Shown here piece by piece: positions 1 through 7,954 of a stretch of 64,000 nt of DNA. Source of the stretch: Phycisphaera sp. (GTDB lineage Bacteria > Planctomycetota > Phycisphaerae > Phycisphaerales > Zrk34); contig WGMA01000016.1 of the NCBI GenBank assembly GCA_016125285.1, forward strand, positions 1 to 64,000, written 5' to 3'. The translations under genes and the position numbers were made by a program. The notes below the pieces were generated by a model that was not told where the DNA came from, searched no databases, and worked only from the letters and a program-made list of their open reading frames with translations. Within the stretch, counting starts at the first letter, position 1; every line of letters begins with the position of its first letter.

Positions 1-117
1 TCCAGCGCGGTTGGTCTCGACCACCTGCCCGGCTGGGTCCGAACCCTCGATCGCGTGCGACGCTGGATTCACGCCAAGATCCTCATCGCCTTGACCATCA
101 AACAAGGCACCACTTAA
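1..117 (+). CDS. 3' end of an unidentified CDS entering from the left window edge
   Basis: Frame 1 is open from base 1 to TAA at 115-117. About three quarters of third codon positions are G/C, like the confirmed genes. No recognisable motif. Confidence 0.3.
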   Translation, partial: SSAVGLDHLPGWVRTLDRVRRWIHAKILIALTIKQGTT

Positions 118-159
118 GGCAACTATGCAATATCCTGCTTGGAGGGAGAGGGAGTGAAC

Positions 160-1317
160 TCACTGGGCGAGCGCCTTCGCGGCGGCGGCGACGGCTGTGC
201 CCGGGGTGATCTTGACGCCCGCGGCGATGAGCTCGGCCTCGATCGCCATCATCGCCGCCAGCGTGTCGCCGGCGTCGACGTATCCCATGTGGTTCACGCG
301 GAAGATCTTGCCCTTCCACGAGGCGCCGCGGCCGTCCTGTCCGCCGGCGATCGCCATGGCGTGGTTGTCACGCACGGCGCCGCGGAACTTCGAGTCGTCG
401 ATGCCGTCGGGGTAGAAGGCGCCGGTGACCGAATCGCTGGGGCTGGTGGAGCAGAGCTTCAGGCCCATCGCGGTGAACGCGGCGCGTGTGGCGGCGGCGA
501 GCTTGGCGGTGCGGATCCAGATGTTGTCCAGGCCGATCGCCTCCATGGATTTCAGCGCGACGTTCTGTCCGCGGATCAGCGAGACGGGCGGGGTGAACGG
601 CACGTCGTTCTTCTCGTAGCTCTTGAGCCACTTGCGGAGGTCGAGGTTGTAGCAGGGCAGGCCGTCGGTCTGCTCGAGTCGGAGGATGGCGCGGTCGCCG
701 AGTCCGACGAAGCCGAGTCCGGGCGGCAGCATCATGGCCTTCTGCGATCCGGTGACGAGCACGTCGATTCCCCAGGCGTCCATCTCGACGGGCAGGGCGC
801 CGACGGCGGTGATGCCGTCGACGATGAGCAGGGCGTTGGACTGCTGGACGACCTTGGCGATCGCACGGATGTCGCTGTAGGTCGCGGTCGAGGTTTCGGA
901 GGCGACGATACAGACGACGCTGATGTCGGGGTTGTCCTTGAGGGCCTGCTCGATCTGCGCGGGGTCGACGGCGTCGCCCCACGGGACGTTGATCTTGATC
1001 TGCTCGACGCCGTAGGTGTCATAGACGTCCTGCCAGCGCTCGCCGAATTTGCCGCCGGAGATGGTCAGAGCCTTGCGACCGGGCTCGATGAGCGAGATCT
1101 GCGCGGCCTCGAAGGAGGTCGTGCCGGACCCGGCGATCGTCAGGACGGGCGACGACGTGCGGAACAGCTTCTTGAGGCCTTCGCTCATCTCTTTGTAGAT
1201 GGCCTGGAAGGCTTTGGTCCGGTGGTGAATGATGGGCTGAGCCATCTCGAGCAGCACGTCCGGCGGCACGTCGGTGGGCCCCGGGGTCATCACACGCTTC
1301 TTGAACAGCAAAGACAT
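160..1317 (-). CDS. Class V PLP-dependent aminotransferase (serine-pyruvate / alanine-glyoxylate aminotransferase-like)
   Basis: 385-aa ORF. N-terminal RVMTPGPTDVP and internal LVTGSQKAMMLPPGLG (SxQK PLP-lysine context) are typical of this family. GC3 is high. Confidence 0.85.
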   Translation of the reverse strand: MSLLFKKRVMTPGPTDVPPDVLLEMAQPIIHHRTKAFQAIYKEMSEGLKKLFRTSSPVLTIAGSGTTSFEAAQISLIEPGRKALTISGGKFGERWQDVYDTYGVEQIKINVPWGDAVDPAQIEQALKDNPDISVVCIVASETSTATYSDIRAIAKVVQQSNALLIVDGITAVGALPVEMDAWGIDVLVTGSQKAMMLPPGLGFVGLGDRAILRLEQTDGLPCYNLDLRKWLKSYEKNDVPFTPPVSLIRGQNVALKSMEAIGLDNIWIRTAKLAAATRAAFTAMGLKLCSTSPSDSVTGAFYPDGIDDSKFRGAVRDNHAMAIAGGQDGRGASWKGKIFRVNHMGYVDAGDTLAAMMAIEAELIAAGVKITPGTAVAAAAKALAQ

Positions 1318-1332
1318 CGTTTGATCCAGTAG

Positions 1333-1367
1333 TCAGGGTTCAGGGTTCAGGGTTCAGGGTTCAGCGT
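1333..1367. repeat. Tandem heptamer (TCAGGGT) x4 plus one degenerate copy
   Basis: Read directly: tcagggt tcagggt tcagggt tcagggt tcagcgt. It lies in the divergent intergenic region between the starts at 1317 (-) and 1429 (+). It contains GGG-N4-GGG-N4-GGG-N4-GGG at 1336-1359. Confidence 0.9.
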
Positions 1368-1428
1368 GGCGAGCACGCGGATCGGCCATCATAGTGTCCG
1401 TGGCGCGTCGATCAATGGCCGCGTTACA

Positions 1429-1788
1429 ATGCCGGGCATGGACGCCGACCGACCGAAACACGTGGACATCAAGAAGGACCGCGGGCTGACGCTGGAATGG
1501 CCCGACGGGTCGAGCAGCTTTTTTCCGGTGGCGTTCCTGCGCAAGCACAGTCCGTCGGCGGAGATGAAGAACCTGCGGGAGGAGATGGCGCGGAATCCCT
1601 TGACGGTGCTCCCGGCCTCGGCGGTGCACGACGGGCCGCTGACGATCACCGACGCCGAGCTGGTGGGTAACTACGCGATCCGGTTCCAGTTCTCCGACGG
1701 CCACGGCACGGGCATCTACTCGTGGGAGTACCTGCGGGAGATCGATCCGCACGAGCCGGGCGGCGGCGGGCCGAGCGGCGGGGCGTGA
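1429..1788 (+). CDS. DUF971 family protein (gamma-butyrobetaine hydroxylase-like N-terminal domain)
   Basis: ORF 1366-1788 trimmed to ATG 1429 (ATG 1438 is an alternative). LEWPDGSSSFFPVAFLRKHSPSAE and GNYAIRFQFSDGHGTGIYSWEYLR fit my recollection of the DUF971 pattern. Confidence 0.7.
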   Translation: MPGMDADRPKHVDIKKDRGLTLEWPDGSSSFFPVAFLRKHSPSAEMKNLREEMARNPLTVLPASAVHDGPLTITDAELVGNYAIRFQFSDGHGTGIYSWEYLREIDPHEPGGGGPSGGA

Positions 1789-1791
1789 TGA

Positions 1792-1913
1792 GGGAATTGC
1801 AAATTGCAGATTGGTCATTGCAAATTGCAAAGTGTCGGAGGGCCGCAGCCGTACGTTTGATCGCCGCCTCCAATGACCAATTTGAAATGTTCAATTTTCA
1901 ATTTGCAATTCCC
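1792..1913. repeat. AT-rich palindromic intergenic repeat, copy A (TTGCAAAT-type arms)
   Basis: Left end GGGAATTGCAAATTGCAGATTGGTCATTG. The reverse complement of the right end is GGGAATTGCAAATTGAAAATTGAACATTTCAAATTGGTCATTG. It starts 4 nt after the stop at 1788. G+C is far below that of the flanks. Confidence 0.85.
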
Positions 1914-1944
1914 TCGTGACTCGCGAGAGAGGTATGATCTCCCG

Positions 1945-2214
1945 ATGCCGACGATCGGGTTTACCGCCAACGTTGCGAAGTATGTCGACGTGTCGCCGCC
2001 GCGGCTGACGGGCGACACGGTGCGCGCGGCGCTGGAGGATCTGTTCGCGATCAACCCGAAGCTGCGCAGCTACGTGCTGGACGACCAGGGCGCGGTGCGC
2101 ACGCACGTGGTGGTGTTCGTCAACGGTGAAGCGATCGCGGACCGGGCGACGCTGAGCGAAGCGGTGAAGGACGATGACGAAATCTTCATCGCGCAGGCGC
2201 TGAGCGGGGGATAA
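1945..2214 (+). CDS. MoaD/ThiS-family ubiquitin-like sulfur-carrier protein
   Basis: ORF 1873-2214 trimmed to ATG 1945, because the upstream part lies inside repeat A. The 89-aa protein ends in the diagnostic C-terminal Gly-Gly (..IAQALSGG*). Confidence 0.75.
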   Translation: MPTIGFTANVAKYVDVSPPRLTGDTVRAALEDLFAINPKLRSYVLDDQGAVRTHVVVFVNGEAIADRATLSEAVKDDDEIFIAQALSGG

Positions 2215-2322
2215 GGAAATGCAAATTGAAAAATGCAAAATGCAAAATGCAAAATGTGCGCCCAGGTGCGGCGCGCATCCATTTTGCGATTTGCAATTCT
2301 CATTTTGCAATCTGCAATTTCC
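2215..2322. repeat. AT-rich palindromic intergenic repeat, copy B
   Basis: The left arm GGAAATGCAAATTGAAAAATGCAAAATGCAAAATGCAAAATG pairs imperfectly with the right arm (reverse complement GGAAATTGCAGATTGCAAAATGAGAATTGCAAATCGCAAAATGG). It starts immediately after the stop at 2214. Confidence 0.8.
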
Positions 2323-2343
2323 TCTTCAACGCGGAGTGTTCAC

Positions 2344-3435
2344 ATGATCCTCGTCGGCACCAGAAAGGGTTTGTTCTTCGTCGAAGACGGTCGCATCGCG
2401 TCGGTGCATTTTCCCGGCGTGCAGGTTCCGATGGTGCTGCGTGACCCGCGTGACGGGGCGATCTACGCGGCGCTGGATCACGGGCACTTCGGCGGCAAGC
2501 TGCACCGCAGTGACGACGAGGGCAAGACGTGGGAGGAGCTGACGCCGCCGACGTTTCCGCCGAAGCCGGACGACGTGGAGGACATCTATTGTCCGATGCG
2601 CAAGATCGTGATCCCGTGGTCGCTGAAGCTGACGTGGGAGCTGACGCCTGGCGGCGCGGACGAGCCGGGCGTGTTGTGGGCGGGCGTGATCCCGAGCGCG
2701 GTGTTCAAGTCGACCGACCGCGGCGCGACGTGGGAGTTGAATCGACCGCTGTGGGATCAGCCCGGGCGCGCGAAGTGGATGGGCGGCGGGTTCGACTACC
2801 CCGGCGTGCACTCGATCGCGGTCGATCCGGCGGACTCGAAGCACGTGACGATCGCGATCAGCAGCGGCGGCGTGTGGCAGACACGCGACGGCGGGGCGAC
2901 GTGGGCCGCGACGTCGACCGGCATGCACAACAGCTATTCGCCGCCCGGGCAGGAGGGCGAGCCCGAGGGGCAGGACCCGCACCGCATGGTCGTGTGCCCC
3001 GGCGATCCGAAGCGGGCGTGGGTGCAGCATCACTGCGGCATGTATCGCAGCGACGACGGGTGCGACACGTGGGTGGAGCTGAAGGACGTCGAGCCGTCGA
3101 CGTTCGGGTTCGCGGTGGCGGTGCACCCGACGGACGGCGACACGGCGTGGTTCGCGCCGGCGAAGAGCGACATGGAGCGCATGGCTGCGGACGCGCGGGT
3201 GGTGGTGGTCCGCACGCGCGACGGCGGCAAGTCGTTTGAGACGCTGACGAACGGCCTGCCGCAGGAGCACGCGTACGACCTGATCTTCCGGCACTGCCTC
3301 GACGTCGACTCGACCGGCGACCGGCTGGCGATGGGCTCGACGACCGGTTCACTGTGGACGAGCGACGACGGGGGCGACTCGTGGGCGACGGTGTCGGAGC
3401 ATCTGCCGCCGGTGTATTGCGTCAGATTTGGGTGA
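2344..3435 (+). CDS. BNR/Asp-box repeat beta-propeller protein (sialidase-fold / Ycf48-like)
   Basis: ORF trimmed to ATG 2344. Six Asp-box motifs are present: SDDEGKTW, STDRGATW, TRDGGATW, SDDGCDTW, TRDGGKSF and SDDGGDSW. Confidence 0.8.
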   Translation: MILVGTRKGLFFVEDGRIASVHFPGVQVPMVLRDPRDGAIYAALDHGHFGGKLHRSDDEGKTWEELTPPTFPPKPDDVEDIYCPMRKIVIPWSLKLTWELTPGGADEPGVLWAGVIPSAVFKSTDRGATWELNRPLWDQPGRAKWMGGGFDYPGVHSIAVDPADSKHVTIAISSGGVWQTRDGGATWAATSTGMHNSYSPPGQEGEPEGQDPHRMVVCPGDPKRAWVQHHCGMYRSDDGCDTWVELKDVEPSTFGFAVAVHPTDGDTAWFAPAKSDMERMAADARVVVVRTRDGGKSFETLTNGLPQEHAYDLIFRHCLDVDSTGDRLAMGSTTGSLWTSDDGGDSWATVSEHLPPVYCVRFG

Positions 3436-3453
3436 TAGCGGGCGCGTCGAGTA

Positions 3454-3591
3454 GGAACTGCAAATTGAAATTGCAGATTGGTCATTGCAAATTGCAAAGT
3501 GCCTGAAGCCTGCGGCTGCGATCGCAGTGGTGAACCTTATCGCTGGCACAATGATCCGTTTGCAATGCTCAATGATCAATTTGCAATTCCC
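3454..3591. repeat. AT-rich palindromic intergenic repeat, copy C
   Basis: It shares an identical 31-nt run (ttgcagattggtcattgcaaattgcaaagtg) with copy A and ends in the same tttgcaattccc terminus. It lies between the stop at 3435 and the start at 3622. Confidence 0.85.
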
Positions 3592-3621
3592 ATCTGGCGA
3601 CCGTGATACAATCCACGCACC

Positions 3622-5031
3622 ATGAAGGAATGGATCCCGCGCATCGTGGTGCTGGTGCTGTTCGTGGCCGTGGTCGGGCTGCCGGTGTTGTGGCGTCCGG
3701 CTGAGGCGAAGACGGACGCAGATGCGGCGCTGAAGCTCGTGGTGATCACGCCGCACAACGAGCAGATCCGGTTCGAGATCGGGCGGGCGTTCAGCAAGTG
3801 GCACGAGGCGAAGTACGGCGAGGCGGTCGACATCGACTGGCGTGCGATCGGCGGCACGAGCGACATCGAGCGCGTGCTGCTCAGCGAGTACGCGTCGCTG
3901 GCCGAGCAGGGCAAGCTCGAGGACGGCGCGGGGTACGACGTGGTGTTCGGCGGGGGCGACTACTCGTTCGACTTCAAGCTCAAGCCCGGCGTGCAGTGGA
4001 ATGGCAAGATGGAGAGCGTGCTCGAGCCGCTGGACCTCGACGACGCGTTCATCAAAGAGGTGTACCCCGAGCCGACGATCGCGGGCAACAAGCTGTACGA
4101 CCCGGAGCACTACTGGTGGGGTGTGGTGCTGTCGAGCTTCGGCATCGTGTACAACCGCGACGTGCTGAGGCTGCGCGGCGTGCCCGAGCCGAAGACGTGG
4201 GAAGACCTCGGCGACCCGAAGCTCGCGGGGTGGATCGCGCTGGCGGACCCCGAGCACTCGGGCTCGGTGAAGGTGACGTACAACGCGATCGTGCAGAACT
4301 ACGGCTACGAGCGCGGGTGGGCGACGCTGCGACGCGCGTGCGCCAACGCGCGGTACTTCTCCAACAGCAGCTCGAAGGTGCCGCTCGACGTCTCGGCGGG
4401 CGAGGCGGCGGCGGGCATGTGCATCGATTTCTACGGGCGATACCAGGCGAACGTCGTCGGCGCGGACCGCGTGGGCTTCGTCGCGCCGGCGGGGCAGACG
4501 GTGGTGACCGCGGACCCCGTCGCCGTGCTGCGCGGCTGCCAGCGCCCCCAGCTCGCCGAGCGGTTCGTGCGGTGGCTGCTGAGCACCGAGGGGCAGCTGC
4601 TGTGGAACGTGCCGGTCGGCCACGCGGCGGGGCCGGAGAAGTTCGGCCTGCGACGCATGCCCATCCGGCGCGACGTGTACAAGCCGTACCTCGGCGAGAT
4701 GATCGACCGGGTCGACCCCTTCGAGATCGCCAGCCCGCTGCCGGCCGGCACGCCGAGCTACTTCAGCGTGATCGGCCCGGTGATGCACGCGATGGCGATC
4801 GACATCCACGACGACCTGCGCGACGCGTGGCGGACGATCAACCAGACGACCGACGAAGCGCAACGCGCCGAGATGCTCAAGCTGTTCGACGCGATGCCGC
4901 TGACGAGCGACGAGCTGCTCGCCCGCAAGGCGGAGTGGAAGAAGAACCCGGACACGCAGATCGCCGACCGCCTGGCGTGGACGACGTTCTACCGGGACAA
5001 CTACCGGCGCATCGTTGAGATGGGACGCTGA
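3622..5031 (+). CDS. Extracellular solute-binding protein (ABC-type, family 1 / iron(III)-polyamine-like), membrane-anchored
   Basis: 469 aa with an N-terminal hydrophobic anchor (RIVVLVLFVAVVGLPVL). The overall pattern resembles periplasmic binding proteins (LKLVVITPHNEQI.., GSVKVTYNAIVQ). The family call comes from recollection, not a search. Confidence 0.55.
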   Translation: MKEWIPRIVVLVLFVAVVGLPVLWRPAEAKTDADAALKLVVITPHNEQIRFEIGRAFSKWHEAKYGEAVDIDWRAIGGTSDIERVLLSEYASLAEQGKLEDGAGYDVVFGGGDYSFDFKLKPGVQWNGKMESVLEPLDLDDAFIKEVYPEPTIAGNKLYDPEHYWWGVVLSSFGIVYNRDVLRLRGVPEPKTWEDLGDPKLAGWIALADPEHSGSVKVTYNAIVQNYGYERGWATLRRACANARYFSNSSSKVPLDVSAGEAAAGMCIDFYGRYQANVVGADRVGFVAPAGQTVVTADPVAVLRGCQRPQLAERFVRWLLSTEGQLLWNVPVGHAAGPEKFGLRRMPIRRDVYKPYLGEMIDRVDPFEIASPLPAGTPSYFSVIGPVMHAMAIDIHDDLRDAWRTINQTTDEAQRAEMLKLFDAMPLTSDELLARKAEWKKNPDTQIADRLAWTTFYRDNYRRIVEMGR

Positions 5032-5035
5032 CGGC

Positions 5036-5057
5036 GCGACCCGCCGAAGCGGGTCGC
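5036..5057. terminator. Stem-loop between convergent genes (candidate bidirectional terminator)
   Basis: GCGACCCGC-cgaa-GCGGGTCGC forms a perfect 9-bp stem. It lies between the stop at 5031 (+) and the stop at 5064 (-). There is no clear U-tract. Confidence 0.5.
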
Positions 5058-5063
5058 ACCGGG

Positions 5064-6137
5064 TTACGCCACGAGTTCTTCGGGGCGGTACTGCTCGAAC
5101 ATCTTCTTGTCCTGGGCCTTCATGTACGCGGCTTCGCCGGAGATGGTGCCGGCCTTGATGAGTTTCATCAGGCCCTGGTCCATCGTCTGCATGCCGTCAC
5201 GCGAGCCCATTTCGATCATCGACACGATCTTGGAGATGGCGCCGTCGCGGATCATCTGCGACATGCCTTCCTTGCGGACGAGGATCTCCTGGCAGGCGAC
5301 GCGGCCCTTGCCGTCGGCCTTGCGGAGCAGCTGCTGCGAGAAGATCGCGCGGACCGACTCGCTGAGCATCGTCCGGATCATGGGCTGCCGGCCGGAGGGG
5401 AACACGTCGATGATGCGGTCGATGGTCTTCGCGGCGGAGTTGGTGTGCAGCGTGCCGAACACGAGCAGGCCGAGCTCCGCGGCGGTCAGCGCGAGCGAGA
5501 TGGTCTCGAGGTCGCGCATCTCGCCGACGAGGATGACGTCGGGGTCTTCGCGGACGGCGGCGCGGAGGGCCTCGGCGAAGCCGTCGGTGTGCTGGCCGAC
5601 CTCGCGCTGCGTGATGACGGACTGCTGGTTCTCGTGCACGAATTCGATCGGGTCTTCGATGGTCACCACGTGCTTGGAGTATTCCTTGTTGACCTTGTCG
5701 ATGATGGCGGCGAGGGTCGTGGACTTGCCCGAGCCGGTCGGCCCGGTGACGAGGCAGAGGCCGGAGCGGTAGTGCGCGGCGTCGGCGATGGCGTCGGGCA
5801 GGCCGAGGTCCTGGCAGGTGAGGATCTTGTCGGGGATCTGACGGAAGACGGCGCCGTAGCCATGGACCTGCTTGAGGTAGTTGCAGCGGAAACGGGCGAC
5901 GCCCTCGAGGCCGTACGCGAAGTCGAGGTCGCCGGTCTTCTCGTACCGTTCCCAGAGGACCGGCTCGCAGATCTCGACGAGGTACGTGCGCAGCATGTCG
6001 CGCGTGAGGATGGGGTGTCCCTCGATGGGGTGCAGCTCGCCGTGCACGCGGACCTTGGCCGGCTGGCTCTGCAGCAGGTGCAGATCGCTGGCGCCGTTGG
6101 CTTTGACGTATCGGAACAGTTCGTCGATCTTGGCCAT
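5064..6137 (-). CDS. pilT: Type IV pilus retraction ATPase PilT
   Basis: 357 aa of canonical PilT size. It has Walker A GPTGSGKSTT, VTIEDPIEF, REDPDVILVGEMRD and GTLHTNSAAKTIDRIIDVFP. An RBS GAGAGG precedes the ATG. Confidence 0.9.
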   Translation of the reverse strand: MAKIDELFRYVKANGASDLHLLQSQPAKVRVHGELHPIEGHPILTRDMLRTYLVEICEPVLWERYEKTGDLDFAYGLEGVARFRCNYLKQVHGYGAVFRQIPDKILTCQDLGLPDAIADAAHYRSGLCLVTGPTGSGKSTTLAAIIDKVNKEYSKHVVTIEDPIEFVHENQQSVITQREVGQHTDGFAEALRAAVREDPDVILVGEMRDLETISLALTAAELGLLVFGTLHTNSAAKTIDRIIDVFPSGRQPMIRTMLSESVRAIFSQQLLRKADGKGRVACQEILVRKEGMSQMIRDGAISKIVSMIEMGSRDGMQTMDQGLMKLIKAGTISGEAAYMKAQDKKMFEQYRPEELVA

Positions 6138-6176
6138 AGTGTTTGCCTCTCGGGTCTAAGCGAGCGGTCGGGTGCC

Positions 6177-7829
6177 TTACTTGAATCGTCTGGGGTCCTC
6201 GGCGACCTTGATCGCCTCTTCCTTGTTGATCGTACCGCTCTGGACCAGCTCGTCGAGCGATTCGTCCATCAGCTTCTGGCCGACCTTGCGTCCGGTCTGC
6301 ATGACCGAAGGCAGCTGATAGGTCTTGGAGTCGCGGATCAGGTTGGCCACGGCGGTGGTGACGTAGAGGGTCTCGAGCGAGGCGACACGGCCGGAGCGGT
6401 CGTTCTTGCGCACGAGCTGCTGCGTGATGATGCCGCGGAGCGACCCGGCGAGCATCGTGCGGACCTGGGCCTGCTGGTCGGCGGGGAACACGTCGACGAT
6501 GCGGTCGATGGTGCGCGCCGCGGACTTGGTGTGCAGCGTGCCGATGACGAGGTGGCCCGTTTCGGCGGCGGTCATCGCGAGGCTGATGGTCTCCAGGTCG
6601 CGCATCTCGCCGATCATGATCACGTCGGGGTCCTCACGCAGCGCGGCCTTGAGCGCGGCGGAGAACGACTCGGTGTGCGGGTGCACCTGACGCTGCGTGA
6701 CGTTGCAGCTTTTCGACGGGTGCAGGTATTCGATGGGGTCCTCGACGGTGATGACGTGGTCCATGCGGTTTTCGTTGACGCAGTTGACCAGCGCCGCGGC
6801 GGTGGTGGACTTGCCACAGCCCGCGGGACCGGTCACGAGCACCAGCCCCTGCGACCACTCGGTCAGCGCCTCGAGGCTGTCGGGCATGCCGAGCTGCTGG
6901 AGGGTCGGGACCACGGACGGGATGATGCGGAGGATGATCGACGGGCCGCGGAACTGCATCAGCGCGTTGGCGCGGAATCGGCTGAGGTGGGGGTGTTCCC
7001 ACGACAGGTCGAGGTCGCGGTGCTCGGTGAAGATCTCGCGCTGCTCGTCGTCGAGGAAGCCCATGACCATGCGTTCGGCCATCTCGAAGGTGATGGGCGG
7101 TTCGTCGAAGAAGTGCAGCTCGCCGTGCAGCCGACAGAACGGTCGCGACCCGGCGGTGAGGTGCAGGTCGCTGGCGCCCATCCGGCAGGCCGTGTAGAGG
7201 AAACGCCACGCGTCGTCGTCGAGCCGGGGATCGTCGTCGGGCTTGGGCGGGACGTCGATCTTCGCGCCCGGCGCGGCGGGCTGCGCGCCCGGTCGGGGCG
7301 GCGCCGGCCGGTTCGGCGGCGGCGGTGGCGACGCGGCGGGGGGCGCGGCTTCCTCGAAGGAGAACTGCTTTTCCTCGACGGGCTCGGGCGGCGCCGGGGG
7401 GCGCGCCGCCTCGGCGGGATCGGTCGCGGGCACGACGTCGCCGAACAGCGCCGCGACGCGCTGGCCCACCTTCGCGACGACCGCGTCGTCGAGGAAGCCC
7501 TTGCGCTTGAGGATCCTGCGGATCGGCATGCGCCCGCCGGACTTCTCGAACTCCGAGAAGCACTCCTTCCACTGCTCGGGGGTGAGCAGCTTGTTGAGCG
7601 TCAGCAGGTTCTTCCACACGCGTGTCTCGACGATGACGCGCATGAGCGGGATCTTCTTCGGCGGGACCAGCCCGCTGGTCATCAGCATCGTCTGGAAGGG
7701 GATGCGGCCCTGCTGTTCCTTGAACTTGCCGACGACCTCGGCCCACTGCTCCTCGGTCATCAGGTTGTTCTGCATCACGACCTGATACCAGATCTGCAGG
7801 ACGATCTCGGTGCCTTGGGAGTCGCTCAC
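6177..7829 (-). CDS. PilT/PilU-family ATPase with a roughly 200-aa N-terminal extension (helical repeats plus Pro-rich linker)
   Basis: The C-terminal ~345 aa form a PilT core: GPAGCGKSTT, ITVEDPIEY, REDPDVIMIGEMRD, GTLHTKSAARTIDRIVDVFP and AVANLIRDSKTYQLPSVMQTG. The N-terminus has repeated ..EQW.E.. helices and PAPPEP/PPPPPNRPAPPRP. GTG start with a GGGAGGG RBS. Confidence 0.85.
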   Translation of the reverse strand: MSDSQGTEIVLQIWYQVVMQNNLMTEEQWAEVVGKFKEQQGRIPFQTMLMTSGLVPPKKIPLMRVIVETRVWKNLLTLNKLLTPEQWKECFSEFEKSGGRMPIRRILKRKGFLDDAVVAKVGQRVAALFGDVVPATDPAEAARPPAPPEPVEEKQFSFEEAAPPAASPPPPPNRPAPPRPGAQPAAPGAKIDVPPKPDDDPRLDDDAWRFLYTACRMGASDLHLTAGSRPFCRLHGELHFFDEPPITFEMAERMVMGFLDDEQREIFTEHRDLDLSWEHPHLSRFRANALMQFRGPSIILRIIPSVVPTLQQLGMPDSLEALTEWSQGLVLVTGPAGCGKSTTAAALVNCVNENRMDHVITVEDPIEYLHPSKSCNVTQRQVHPHTESFSAALKAALREDPDVIMIGEMRDLETISLAMTAAETGHLVIGTLHTKSAARTIDRIVDVFPADQQAQVRTMLAGSLRGIITQQLVRKNDRSGRVASLETLYVTTAVANLIRDSKTYQLPSVMQTGRKVGQKLMDESLDELVQSGTINKEEAIKVAEDPRRFK

Positions 7830-7954
7830 GACGGCGCCCTCCCGTCGCGACGACGCTCACGCCGAGCCGCGACCGGACCGGTCGGGGGTGTCCGCCGGCG
7901 ACCGTGACTCAAACGCATGGGTGTCGGGTCGTCCATCGTGGGTGCGCGTCCGTG

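Noticed and set aside
1-117. The C-terminal fragment (..RVRRWIHAKILIALTIKQGTT) considered as a transposase tail.
   Set aside because: Only 38 residues are visible, and I cannot match them to a specific IS family signature. No inverted repeat was seen. It is kept only as an unidentified partial CDS.
1333-1367. The TTCAGGG-type heptamer repeat resembles telomeric repeats, which could suggest a replicon end or an assembly artefact.
   Set aside because: There are only about five units. They are embedded between two ordinary, intact, divergently transcribed genes with continuous sequence on both sides.
3543-3566. TGGCAC followed downstream by TTGCA inside repeat copy C, and a second TGGCAC near 32609. 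Either could be a further sigma-54 promoter.
   Set aside because: The spacing between the GG and GC dinucleotides is 14-15 nt instead of the required 10, so neither fits the -24/-12 geometry.
1792-3591. Repeated TTGCAAAT-type sequences considered as a CRISPR array.
   Set aside because: The copies are internally palindromic, differ in length (108-138 bp) and are separated by whole genes rather than by uniform short spacers. No cas genes are present.
5445-7907. An 820-aa plus-strand ORF. Similar very long ORFs occur at 139-1332 +, 12196-15138 +, 15631-16764 +, 28909-31050 +, 46889-49246 + and 59353-61365 -.
   Set aside because: They lie antisense to genes with clear family motifs. Their products are Arg/Ala/Gly/Val-rich and low in complexity. 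They arise because stop codons are rare in high-G+C DNA, especially in the frame that shares third codon positions with the real gene.
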